Below, one piece after another: positions 1 through 8,266 of a stretch of 64,000 nucleotides of DNA. A program made the position numbers and the translations under genes. This DNA is from a candidate division WOR-3 bacterium (lineage in GTDB: Bacteria; Hydrothermota; Hydrothermia; WGAB01), in contig WFXO01000029.1 in NCBI GenBank assembly GCA_015490555.1, positions 2,024-66,023 of the forward strand, given 5' to 3'. How positions within the stretch are numbered: the stretch's first letter is position 1; each line of letters opens with the position of its first letter. Below the pieces are notes generated by a model, which had not been told where the DNA came from, did not search any database, and was given only the letters and a program-made list of their open reading frames with translations.

Positions 1-593
1 GGATGCCGATAAAGAACCTCCACGGCGAAAAGGGCGCCGCCCAGCGGGGCGCGGAAGATGGAGCCGATCCCACCGGCGGTCCCCGCGAGTAAGAGGATCC
101 GCGTATCCCGTGCGGAGAGTCGCAAAAGCCGGCCGAGCAGGGACCCAAACCCGGACCCAATCTGGGCGATCGGTCCTTCGCGGCCCGCGGATCCGCCCGT
201 TCCGATGGTCAACGCAGAAGCCAGAGTTTTAATGACTGGCACGATGGGTCGGACCTGCCCCCGTTTCCGGTGGAACGCCTCGATCACTGCGTCCGTCCCA
301 TGCCCCTCCGCTTCTGGTGCAAAGGTGTAGATCAGCAATCCGGCCAGGAGTCCACCCAGGGCAGGGACCAGCACCAGGAGCCACCGATGTCGGACAATCA
401 CCTCCACAACGTTTCCGAACCCGCCCTCTCCGGCCGGTTTAGGCATCATGTACCCGACCAGCCGCCCCAGGAAAAAGTCTCCCGTCACCCCGAGAAGCCA
501 ATGGAAAAAGACCGCCCCCGCTCCGGACACAATTCCCACAATAGCCCCGAGAAATAACCATTTCCCGAGGTGCTTGATTTCGACCTGTTCCAT
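1..593 (-). CDS. ClC-family chloride channel / H+-Cl- antiporter, N-terminal ~197 aa (gene continues past window start)
   Basis: Reverse-strand translation of 57-240 reads ...PVIKTLASALTIGTGGSAGREGPIAQIGSGFGSLLGRLLRLSARDTRILLLAGTAGGIGSIFRAPLGGALFAVEVLYRH. This carries the GREGP and GxFxP selectivity-filter motifs and aligns with E. coli ClC-ec1 (GREGPTVQIGGNIG...[29 protein letters not shown]). In-frame ATG at 593 (MEQVEIKHLGKWLFLGAI...). Not in the ORF track because it is partial. Confidence 0.75.
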   Translation of the reverse strand, partial: MEQVEIKHLGKWLFLGAIVGIVSGAGAVFFHWLLGVTGDFFLGRLVGYMMPKPAGEGGFGNVVEVIVRHRWLLVLVPALGGLLAGLLIYTFAPEAEGHGTDAVIEAFHRKRGQVRPIVPVIKTLASALTIGTGGSAGREGPIAQIGSGFGSLLGRLLRLSARDTRILLLAGTAGGIGSIFRAPLGGALFAVEVLYRH

Positions 594-677
594 CAGGGAA
601 TTGGGGAGTTTCAAGGTATCTAAATTTTAAGGCGAAACCAGCCTCCATTCCGAGAGTTCCTTTTATAGGTCCATTTC

Positions 678-706
678 TTGACCCTTTAGGGGCATCCCCC
701 TAAAAT
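678..706 (+). promoter_or_regulatory. sigma70-like promoter for the nuo operon (TTGACC-17 nt-TAAAAT)
   Basis: TTGACC at 678-683, a 17-nt spacer, and TAAAAT at 701-706. It lies ~30 nt upstream of an AAGGAG Shine-Dalgarno at 721-726 and the TTG start of nuoH at 734. The region is divergent from the ClC gene. Confidence 0.4.
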
Positions 707-733
707 ACAACGGAATCCCGAAGGAGAACGAAA

Positions 734-1684
734 TTGGCGCAACCCATCTTTCAAACCCTTTGGAAAACCGGGGTTGTTTTTTTAGGGGCGCTCACCGCGG
801 CGGCCTATCTGGTACTGGCGGAACGGAAGTTCGCTGGCTATTTCCAGGAACGGTACGGGCCGAACCGCGTAGGGCCCTTCGGCCTTCTTCAGCCCCTTGC
901 GGATGCCGTCAAACTCCTCCTTAAAGAAGAAGTGATCTTTCCTCAGGCAAGCCGCGGTCTCTACCTGGCAGCCCCGGTCATCATCGGCGTCGCCGCCCTT
1001 CTCCCCCTGGCTGTGATCCCCTTTAGCGAGCACTTTTACATTGCCGATCTGCCGGTGGCGGTGCTCTATCTTCTGGCTGTCGGGTCGCTCAGCACCTACG
1101 GGGTCCTCCTGGGAGGCTGGTCTTCGAACAGTAAATACGCCCTGCTGGGTGGGCTTCGATCCGCCGCCCAAATGGTCTCCTACGAGATCGCCATGGCCCT
1201 GGCCCTCGTCGGCGTCGCCCTAATGGCCCAAAGCCTTTCCCTCGTCAAGATCGTCCAGGCTCAGCAATCCCTCTGGTTCTTGATCCCCCAAATCCTTGGG
1301 TTCGTGGTTTTCCTGATCGCTGCGTTTGCAGAAACCAACCGCTTGCCCTTCGACCTCCCCGAAGCAGAATCGGAACTCGTGGCCGGTTACCACACCGAGT
1401 ACAGCGCCTTTAAATTCGCGATGTTCTTCGTGGGAGAGTATATCCACCTGTTCATCGTAGGATGCCTGGTCACCGTCCTCTATCTGGGCGGATGGTATGG
1501 CCCCTGGAAACCGGGGCCACACTGGTTCTTCCTGAAAACATTCCTCGTCCTGTTCTTCATGATCTGGGTCCGATGGACCTACCCTCGGTTCCGATTCGAC
1601 CAACTCATGCGCTTTAGTTGGAAGGTCTTGATCCCGGTGGCCCTGTTGAATCTCTTGTTGACCAGTTTGTGGATGGCACTATGA
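734..1684 (+). CDS. nuoH: NADH-quinone oxidoreductase subunit H (NuoH/ND1)
   Basis: 316-aa polytopic membrane protein. MAQPIFQTLWKT...ERKFAGYFQERYGPNRVGPFGLLQPLADAVKLLLKEE is the conserved NuoH N-terminus. TTG start with AAGGAG SD 7 nt upstream. Stop overlaps the nuoJ start (ATGA). Confidence 0.9.
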   Translation: MAQPIFQTLWKTGVVFLGALTAAAYLVLAERKFAGYFQERYGPNRVGPFGLLQPLADAVKLLLKEEVIFPQASRGLYLAAPVIIGVAALLPLAVIPFSEHFYIADLPVAVLYLLAVGSLSTYGVLLGGWSSNSKYALLGGLRSAAQMVSYEIAMALALVGVALMAQSLSLVKIVQAQQSLWFLIPQILGFVVFLIAAFAETNRLPFDLPEAESELVAGYHTEYSAFKFAMFFVGEYIHLFIVGCLVTVLYLGGWYGPWKPGPHWFFLKTFLVLFFMIWVRWTYPRFRFDQLMRFSWKVLIPVALLNLLLTSLWMAL

Positions 1685-2175
1685 CGACACTCTTTTGGCT
1701 TTTCGGGGTTTTGGCAATCGTCGGGGCCCTCGGGGTGCTCTTCCAGACCCACCCCGTTCGGGGCGCCCTGTTCCTGCTGTTGAACTTTTTAGCCATCGGC
1801 GTACTTTACTTGCTGGCTCGAGCCCCCTTCGTCGGCTTTGTCCAGATCCTGGTGTACGCCGGCGCGATCGTGGTCCTGTTCCTCGTCGCCATCATGGTCA
1901 TGGACCTCCGACGGTTGGAGTCAGACTTTGACCTCGGACTCATGGGATTCCTGACCTTCGTGCTCGGTGTAGCGTTTTTTGTGATCGTCGCACTCGTCCT
2001 CCTGAAAAACCAGATCCCGGAAGTCTCACCACCCCCGACCGGAACACCAGAAGCCCTGGGAGAGTGGCTGTTCGGACAGTATCTCGTCCCGTTTGAATTG
2101 GCGTCCATCCTCCTCCTGGTCGCAATTGTCGGGGCCATTGTCTTGATCCGAAGGAGAAGACAAGATGTCTCCTAA
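1681..2175 (+). CDS. nuoJ: NADH-quinone oxidoreductase subunit J (NuoJ/ND6)
   Basis: ATG at 1681 (MTTLFWLFGVLAIVGALGVLFQTHPVRGALFLLLNFLAIGVLYLL...) is typical of NuoJ. It overlaps the nuoH stop. The ORF-track start at 1618 is an in-frame upstream extension. Confidence 0.85.
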   Translation: MTTLFWLFGVLAIVGALGVLFQTHPVRGALFLLLNFLAIGVLYLLARAPFVGFVQILVYAGAIVVLFLVAIMVMDLRRLESDFDLGLMGFLTFVLGVAFFVIVALVLLKNQIPEVSPPPTGTPEALGEWLFGQYLVPFELASILLLVAIVGAIVLIRRRRQDVS

Positions 2176-2473
2176 CGCCTACATCCTCCTCGGCCTCCTC
2201 TTGTTTACCATCGGGATGATCGGCGTGCTGTTCCGACGAAACTTGATGTTCATCCTGATGAATCTGGAACTGATGATGAACGCAGTTGGCCTGGTCCTCG
2301 TGGGCGCCTCTCTCGGCGGATGGATCGAAGGACAACTCATCATCCTGATGATCCTTGTGGTCGCCGCCTCAGAGGTGGCCATCGGCATCGGGATCCTGAT
2401 CAACGTCGTCCGGCTTACCGGCCGTCCGGATGTGGACCACCTCCCTAAAGCCCCGGAGGAATCCACACCATGA
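2165..2473 (+). CDS. nuoK: NADH-quinone oxidoreductase subunit K (NuoK/ND4L)
   Basis: 102 aa with three TM helices. MSPNAYILLGLLLFTIGMIGVLFRRNLMFILMNLELMMNAV is the canonical NuoK sequence. Confidence 0.9.
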   Translation: MSPNAYILLGLLLFTIGMIGVLFRRNLMFILMNLELMMNAVGLVLVGASLGGWIEGQLIILMILVVAASEVAIGIGILINVVRLTGRPDVDHLPKAPEESTP

Positions 2474-4359
2474 AGGGGATCCTGCTGATGACCCTTTTTG
2501 CGCCCCTGGCCGGTGCGATCCTCAACGGCTTTTTGGGCACCTGGTTCCGAAAGAAGGCACACTTCCCGGCTATCGTAGCCGTAGGGCTCTCCTTCCTGGG
2601 CTCCCTCGTCTTGTTCCAGTGGAGCCTTCAGCATCCCTTAGGTCAAGAATGGATCCTCTACACCTGGGTCCCTGTCGCCGATCTCCGGGTTCCCTTTGGC
2701 CTCCTCTTTGACCGATTGGCCGCCATCATGCTCCTCGTGGTCACCACCGTCTCCTTCCTGGTCCACATCTACTCCATCGGCTACATGGCAGACGATCCCG
2801 GATATCGCCGGTATTTCGCCTATCTCAATCTCTTCGTCTTCTCCATGCTCCTCCTGGTGCTCGCCAACAACTTCCTGCTCCTCTTCGTGGGCTGGGAGGC
2901 CGTAGGACTCTGTTCGTACCTGTTGATCGGGTTTTGGTATGAGAAAAAGACGGCCTCGGACGCCGGCAAAAAGGCCTTTATCGTCAACCGGATCGGCGAT
3001 GCCGGGTTCCTGTTAGGAATCTTCACCCTGTTTGCGACCTTTGGCACCCTAGAATACACCCGGATCTTTGAGATCGTTCAAAGCAATCCCGGCTACTTCT
3101 CGGGTGTTCTTGCGGCCGCCACCCTGTTCCTCTTCATGGGTGCGGTGGGGAAATCCGCCCAATTCCCGCTCTATGTGTGGCTCCCGGACGCGATGGAAGG
3201 CCCCACCCCGGTCTCCGCCCTCATCCACGCCGCTACCATGGTCACTGCCGGCGTCTACATGGTCGCACGGAGCCATCCCTTGTTCCAGGAAGTCCCTCAA
3301 ATCGGGACCCTGGTGGCCTCCATCGGCGCGTTTACAGCGATCTTTGCGGCCTCGATTGCCCTGGTCACGGATGACATCAAACGGGTCCTGGCGTATTCCA
3401 CCATCTCTCAACTGGGCTACATGTTCGTGGCGGTCGGGCTGGGCGCCTATACGGCCGGGATCTTCCACCTCTTTACCCACGCCTTTTTCAAAGGGCTGTT
3501 GTTCCTGGCCGCCGGCAGTGTGATGCACGCCACCGGCGGGGAACTCAATATGCACAAAATGGGGGGACTGTGGAAAAAGATGCCCCATACTGGTTGGACC
3601 TTCGTCATTGGCGCGCTGGCCCTTTCCGGCATCCCCCCACTGGCTGGCTTTTTCTCCAAAGACGAGATCCTGGCCTCCGCCTTCCGCACCGGACACACCT
3701 TGATCTGGGGCGTCGCCTGGGCAACGGCTTTCCTGACCGCCCTCTACATGTTCCGCCTGATCTTCAAGGTCTTCTTCGGCAACCCCCGGGACCCGGCCCT
3801 CTACGAGCACGCCCATGAGTCTCCGCCCGTCATGACCGTCCCGATGTGGATCCTGGCTGTGCTTTCCGTGACCGTCGGCTGGCTGGGATTGGGCGAAGAA
3901 AGTAGCCTGTTCCACCGATTCCTGGCGCCCACCCTGGGACACCTGGAGATCGTGCCGCCCATGGTCGAAAAAGAGGCCGGGCTCGGCCTAATCCTCTTGT
4001 CCGTCGCGGCCGGCCTGGCCGGCATCTGGCTGGCGTATCAAATGTTCCTCAAGGGGTCTCCAAACCCCACCGCCCTCGCCCAACGCGCCGGCTTCTTCTA
4101 CCGACTCCTGAAAGGCAAATACTACGTGGACGAACTCTATCAAACGGTCATCGTCACCCCGATCCGCGGCTTGGCGGTGCTCACCTTCCGCTTGGTGGAC
4201 CGGATCTTGATCGACGGGACCGTCAACCTCACCGGGAAATCCCTGGCAGCTACCGGCAATGTGATCCGCAAAGGCAGTTCGGCACGGACCCGAACCTACC
4301 TGTTCTGGGTCCTCCTCGGGGCCCACGTGCTCCTGTGGTTCCTATTGAAAGGGAGATAA
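2470..4359 (+). CDS. nuoL: NADH-quinone oxidoreductase subunit L (NuoL/ND5), antiporter-like
   Basis: 629-aa Mrp-antiporter-like subunit (WLPDAMEGPTPVSALIHAATMVTAGVY). ATGA overlap with nuoK. Confidence 0.9.
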   Translation: MKGILLMTLFAPLAGAILNGFLGTWFRKKAHFPAIVAVGLSFLGSLVLFQWSLQHPLGQEWILYTWVPVADLRVPFGLLFDRLAAIMLLVVTTVSFLVHIYSIGYMADDPGYRRYFAYLNLFVFSMLLLVLANNFLLLFVGWEAVGLCSYLLIGFWYEKKTASDAGKKAFIVNRIGDAGFLLGIFTLFATFGTLEYTRIFEIVQSNPGYFSGVLAAATLFLFMGAVGKSAQFPLYVWLPDAMEGPTPVSALIHAATMVTAGVYMVARSHPLFQEVPQIGTLVASIGAFTAIFAASIALVTDDIKRVLAYSTISQLGYMFVAVGLGAYTAGIFHLFTHAFFKGLLFLAAGSVMHATGGELNMHKMGGLWKKMPHTGWTFVIGALALSGIPPLAGFFSKDEILASAFRTGHTLIWGVAWATAFLTALYMFRLIFKVFFGNPRDPALYEHAHESPPVMTVPMWILAVLSVTVGWLGLGEESSLFHRFLAPTLGHLEIVPPMVEKEAGLGLILLSVAAGLAGIWLAYQMFLKGSPNPTALAQRAGFFYRLLKGKYYVDELYQTVIVTPIRGLAVLTFRLVDRILIDGTVNLTGKSLAATGNVIRKGSSARTRTYLFWVLLGAHVLLWFLLKGR

Positions 4360-4363
4360 CGCG

Positions 4364-5863
4364 ATGCTGAGCGTGGTCATCTTCGCACCCCTGGTGCTGA
4401 GCCTCCCGCTCTTCTTCCTGCGGGGGCGAAAGGCATGGTTTGGCTATACATGGTTTGCCAGCGTGGTGGTCTTTGTCTTGTCCCTGGCTTTGCTCCGGGG
4501 CTTCCAATGGGAGACCCCTGGCTTCCAATGGGAACAGCAGGTGGAATGGCTCCCGACCCTCGGGGCGTCCTATCACATCGGGATTGATGGCCTCAGCCTC
4601 ATCCTGATCCTGTTGACCACCTTCTTGACCACGATCTCCATTCTCGCGTCGTTCCGATACATCCAGCACCGGATCCGGGAATTCTGCATTGCCATGCTCG
4701 TCCTGGAAGGCGCCATGATCGGCGTCTTCGCCTCCCTCGACCTCCTCCTCTTCTTCATCTTCTGGGAAGTGATGCTCGTCCCGATGTTCCTGTTGATCGG
4801 GGTCTGGGGCCACGACCGACGCATCTATGCGGCCTTCAAGTTCGTACTCTATACCATGGCCGGCAGCGCGTTCCTCCTGTTCGCCATCCTCGTCTTACGG
4901 CTCAAAACCGGGACCTTCGACCTGGTCACCCTGCAACAGACGGTCGGCAACCTTCCGGGTGCGATCCAGCGCTGGGCGTTCCTGGCGTTCGCGATCGCCT
5001 TTGCCATCAAGGTGCCCCTGGTCCCCTTCCACACCTGGCTCCCGGACGCCCACGTGGAAGCCCCCACCGCCGGCTCCGTCCTCCTCGCCGGGATCCTCCT
5101 GAAAATGGGCGTCTATGGCTTCCTGAGATTCAACTTTGCGCTGTTCCCCTCGATCGCCCGGGACCTGGCACCCCTGTTCATGGCCCTCGGGGTGATCGGC
5201 ATCCTCTACGGTGCATGGATGAGTTGGGTCCAAACGGACCTGAAAAAACTCATTGCGTATTCTTCGGTGGCACACCTGGGCTTTGTCATCCTGGGGATCT
5301 TCACGTTTACCCCCTGGGGGCTCCAGGGCGGGATCCTGCAGATGGTCAACCACGGGCTCTCGACCGGCGCCCTCTTCCTGGCCGCCGGCCTGCTCTATGA
5401 ACGAAAACACACCCGCGAGATGAGCCAATTGGTGGGCATCGGGAAATTGATGCCCGTCTTTTCCACCGTGTTCGGCATCGTCATGCTCTCCTCGATCGGC
5501 CTCCCCGGCTTGAACGGCTTTGTGGGCGAATTCCTGATCCTTCTCGGCACCTTCCAGGTGAGCAAAACGCTCGCCTTCTTCGGTGTGCTGGGCATCATCT
5601 TTGCCGCCGTGTACATGCTCTCCATGTTCCAGAAAGTCGTGTTCTCGCCTCCTCGAGAAGAGGATCGGGGGTTGCTGAAAGATCTGACGCTCCGCGAGTG
5701 GCTGGTGTTCGTGCCTCTCCTGGTCTTCATCTTCGCCATCGGCGTCTATCCCCGGCCCTTCTTGAAATTCGGAAAGATCCCCAGCCAGCAGGTCATCGAA
5801 CGGGTTGCGCCGGAAACCCCGACACCGACCCTGTCCCCACACGCAGAGGAGGGAGAACCATGA
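4364..5863 (+). CDS. nuoM: NADH-quinone oxidoreductase subunit M (NuoM/ND4)
   Basis: 499-aa antiporter-like subunit (FHTWLPDAHVEAPTAGSVLLAGILLKMGVYG). Confidence 0.9.
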   Translation: MLSVVIFAPLVLSLPLFFLRGRKAWFGYTWFASVVVFVLSLALLRGFQWETPGFQWEQQVEWLPTLGASYHIGIDGLSLILILLTTFLTTISILASFRYIQHRIREFCIAMLVLEGAMIGVFASLDLLLFFIFWEVMLVPMFLLIGVWGHDRRIYAAFKFVLYTMAGSAFLLFAILVLRLKTGTFDLVTLQQTVGNLPGAIQRWAFLAFAIAFAIKVPLVPFHTWLPDAHVEAPTAGSVLLAGILLKMGVYGFLRFNFALFPSIARDLAPLFMALGVIGILYGAWMSWVQTDLKKLIAYSSVAHLGFVILGIFTFTPWGLQGGILQMVNHGLSTGALFLAAGLLYERKHTREMSQLVGIGKLMPVFSTVFGIVMLSSIGLPGLNGFVGEFLILLGTFQVSKTLAFFGVLGIIFAAVYMLSMFQKVVFSPPREEDRGLLKDLTLREWLVFVPLLVFIFAIGVYPRPFLKFGKIPSQQVIERVAPETPTPTLSPHAEEGEP

Positions 5864-7236
5864 TCCCGGTCCACCTGTTGGCCCCAGAATTTGCCGTCAC
5901 CGGGACCGCGCTCCTCATCCTGCTCCTCTCGTTTCTGACCCCACGCCGCCACCAGATCGCAGGCTCAATCACGGCCCTCGGACTCCTCCTGGCGATGTTC
6001 CTGGAAATGGGCAGCATGGGCCATTCGGCCACCCTGCTCATGCTCCAGATTGACCCGATCACCCGGCTCTTCAGCCTCATCTTCATCCTGGGCACCTTCC
6101 TGGTGACCCTCCTGACGGTGGATACCTTCGAAGAATGCCCTCCCGAAGTCTATTTCTTCCTCCTCACCGGCCTCCTGGGGATGATGATCCTCGCCAAGTC
6201 CACCCACCTGGTCCTGACCTTCCTGGCTCTGGAACTGCTGTCCTTCTCCCTGTTTGTCCTGGTTACCCTGGTGCGGACCCCGAAAGCCGTGCATGCGGGC
6301 GTCAAGTTCTTCCTGGTTGGCGCCTTCTCCTCTTCTTTTCTCCTGATGGGACTGGCCCTGCTCCTGGCCGCCGGCGGCAACCTCTCCTATGAAACGGTGT
6401 TCCACGCGTCCCGGACTCCCTTAGGACTGCTTGGCCTGATCTTCCTGCTGGTGGGCTTCGGGTTCAAACTCCTCTATGTGCCGTTCCACTTCTGGGCGCC
6501 GGATGTCTTTGAAGGCGCCCCGTCCGCCATCGTCGCGTATGTCGCCTCGGCTCCCAAGGCGGCCGGCATCGCCATCTTGATCCCGATCCTGACCCGTGGC
6601 TTCGCTCCGTATCTCCCAATCTGGGCTTCGACCTTCACGACCCTGGCCTTTCTGACCATGATCGCCGGGAACCTGGCCGCCCTCCGCGAAAGGAACGTCA
6701 AACGGATGCTCGCCTTCTCCACCGTGGCCCATGCGGGCTACCTCCTCGTGGGCTTCGCAACCCACACCCCGGCAGCCTACGCCTCCTTGTTCCTCTACCT
6801 CCTCATCTATGTGGTCATGACCATTGGCGCCTTCGCAGGGATCGTGGCCCTCCAGGAAGACGCCACCCTGGATGACCTCAAAGGCCTCGCCACCCAGTCT
6901 CCGCTGTTGGCGTTCTTGACGAGCCTCTTCTTCCTCAGCCTGGCCGGGATCCCCCCGACGGGCGGGTTCGTCGCAAAACTCTATCTCTTCAAAGCCGCGA
7001 TACAGGGAGGCCAGGGCGGACTGGCCTTCTTTGCGTTCCTCAATAGCGTGGTCTCCGCCTACTACTACCTCCAGGTACCGGCGGCGTTGTACATGCACAC
7101 ACCGGCCGGCCCCACCCACCGGCTCCCCGAAAAACCGATGCTCTCCTCTGCCCTCTGGATCGGACTCGTGCTCGTCTTCTACCTTGGCCTGTTCCCCGAT
7201 AGTGTGTACTGGGTCATCCAAAACCTTTTCCGCTGA
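5860..7236 (+). CDS. nuoN: NADH-quinone oxidoreductase subunit N (NuoN/ND2)
   Basis: ATG at 5860 (MIPVHLLAPEFAVTGTALLILLLSF...) overlaps the nuoM stop (ATGA). Antiporter-like motifs are present (FHFWAPDVFEGAPSAIVAYVASAPK). The track ORF 5698-7236 carries a spurious 54-codon N-extension in the same frame. Confidence 0.85.
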   Translation: MIPVHLLAPEFAVTGTALLILLLSFLTPRRHQIAGSITALGLLLAMFLEMGSMGHSATLLMLQIDPITRLFSLIFILGTFLVTLLTVDTFEECPPEVYFFLLTGLLGMMILAKSTHLVLTFLALELLSFSLFVLVTLVRTPKAVHAGVKFFLVGAFSSSFLLMGLALLLAAGGNLSYETVFHASRTPLGLLGLIFLLVGFGFKLLYVPFHFWAPDVFEGAPSAIVAYVASAPKAAGIAILIPILTRGFAPYLPIWASTFTTLAFLTMIAGNLAALRERNVKRMLAFSTVAHAGYLLVGFATHTPAAYASLFLYLLIYVVMTIGAFAGIVALQEDATLDDLKGLATQSPLLAFLTSLFFLSLAGIPPTGGFVAKLYLFKAAIQGGQGGLAFFAFLNSVVSAYYYLQVPAALYMHTPAGPTHRLPEKPMLSSALWIGLVLVFYLGLFPDSVYWVIQNLFR

Positions 7237-7976
7237 TGCAGGTCCATCGTTTGACCGTCGCCTCGATCCAATTTACGAACCCTCAGGTCTTCTTGTTGGA
7301 ACTCCAGGCCTATGCGGGCGACCCGCCACAGCCCGGCCAGTTCTTTGAATTCAAGATCGGCGAGGGCTTCGACCCTCTGCTCTGGCGCCCGATGAGTGTG
7401 ATGGACGCCTGGAGCGACCGCCTCCTTTTCCTGACCCAACTCCGCGGACGGGGCACCCAATGGCTCGCTCAACGCTCCGAAGGAGATATGATCGAGATCC
7501 TGGGCCCCCTGGGCCGGGGGTTTCCGATCCCCGAGGAACCGGTAACCCTTGTGGCAGGAGGGACCGGCGTCGCCCCCCTGTACTTTCTGGCCCGGCGGCA
7601 TCCGGACCGCGTTCAGAAACTCATCGCCGGCTTCGCCACCTCCCCGGGCCAACTCCTGCTGGACCGATTCTATGCCCTGCCGGTGCCCGTGATCCTCACG
7701 ACCGAAGATGGCTCCTTAGGCCTTCCAGGGACCGTCCTCGACGTCCCGGACCTCCAGGACCGCCCCCTCGTGTATCTCTGCGGACCCGGCGGCATGATTC
7801 GACGGTTCCAAGAACTCGGCTTCGAAGGGTGGATGTCCTTAGAAGATGTGATGGGGTGCGGCACCGGACTCTGCTTCGGATGCGCCGCATGGCACCGCAA
7901 AGAACAACGCTATGTCCGCACCTGCGTCGAAGGCCCGGCCTTCCCCCTCCAGGACGTGGAATCCCTCCTGTTTTGA
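7236..7976 (+). CDS. PyrK-like FAD/NAD(P)-binding oxidoreductase with C-terminal [2Fe-2S] motif (dihydroorotate dehydrogenase electron-transfer subunit family)
   Basis: 246 aa. RPMSV (RxYS-type FAD-binding) and GGTGVAPLYFLARR (NAD(P)-binding GGxG) are present. C-terminal CGTGLCFGCAAW...RTC cysteine cluster as in PyrK/NfnA/SudB/AsrB. Start ATG overlaps the nuoN stop (TGATG). Confidence 0.75.
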   Translation: MQVHRLTVASIQFTNPQVFLLELQAYAGDPPQPGQFFEFKIGEGFDPLLWRPMSVMDAWSDRLLFLTQLRGRGTQWLAQRSEGDMIEILGPLGRGFPIPEEPVTLVAGGTGVAPLYFLARRHPDRVQKLIAGFATSPGQLLLDRFYALPVPVILTTEDGSLGLPGTVLDVPDLQDRPLVYLCGPGGMIRRFQELGFEGWMSLEDVMGCGTGLCFGCAAWHRKEQRYVRTCVEGPAFPLQDVESLLF

Positions 7977-8035
7977 GATACCTCCCGCCTCACCTCACCC
8001 CTACCCCCCAACTCGGCTCCGCTAAACTATGCCGT

Positions 8036-8108
8036 CCCCCTTTCCCAAAGGGGGATTCAGGGGGATTCTTCTCTTCCCCCTTTTCCAAAGGGGGACCGAG
8101 GGGGATTC
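8036..8108. repeat. Two tandem ~33-nt palindromic units with 40-nt period (REP-like extragenic palindromes)
   Basis: Unit 1 (8036-8068) is CCCCCTTTcccAAAGGGGGattcaGGGGGATTC. Unit 2 (8076-8108) is CCCCCTTTTccAAAGGGGGaccgaGGGGGATTC. Each contains an 8-bp perfect inverted repeat CCCCCTTT/AAAGGGGG with a 3-nt loop, followed by a GGGGGATTC direct repeat. They lie in the convergent intergenic region between the PyrK-like gene (+) and the dipeptidase gene (-). Confidence 0.6.
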
Positions 8109-8168
8109 CACCACAAACCACAAACTACTCACCACCCACTACAAACTACAAGCCACAAACCACACGCC
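8109..8168. repeat. CA-rich degenerate ~10-nt tandem repeat (CCACAAACTA-like)
   Basis: caccacaaaccacaaactactcaccacccactacaaactacaagccacaaaccacacgcc contains almost no G/T. This is unlike the surrounding GC-rich DNA. Confidence 0.5.
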
Positions 8169-8189
8169 ATGTTTACGACTCTCCCCAAA

Positions 8190-8211
8190 CCCCTCCCTGA
8201 CCAGGGAGGGG
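8190..8211 (-). terminator. Candidate stem-loop terminator downstream of the dipeptidase gene
   Basis: CCCCTCCCTG-ac-CAGGGAGGGG, a 10-bp perfect GC-rich inverted repeat 56 nt past the minus-strand stop at 8267. On the minus strand it is followed by TTTGGGG, so the U-tract is weak. It could also serve the + strand. Confidence 0.35.
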
Positions 8212-8266
8212 CTATATGGTGCAGTGGATCCTGTCCAGGAATGGGCCCATATGTTGAGATCAAGAC

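Noticed and set aside
3049-7221. Three long minus-strand ORFs (3049-3942, 4895-5842, 6421-7221) antisense to nuoL, nuoM and nuoN
   Set aside because: Their translations are Gly/Glu/Asp/His/Arg-rich and low in complexity, while the sense-strand proteins are canonical Nuo antiporter-like subunits. They are GC-skew artefacts.
8036-8108. Possible CRISPR array, because of direct repeats with internal palindromes
   Set aside because: There are only two repeat copies, units of 33 nt separated by 7 nt, no spacer-sized unique segments and no cas genes. The arrangement is better described as REP-like tandem palindromes.
7460-8200. 246-aa Pro/Arg-rich plus-strand ORF overlapping the PyrK-like gene in another frame and running into the repeat island
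   Set aside because: The translation is extremely P/R/G-rich and no start-site signals are present. The overlapping PyrK-like frame has clear FAD/NAD/[2Fe-2S] motifs.
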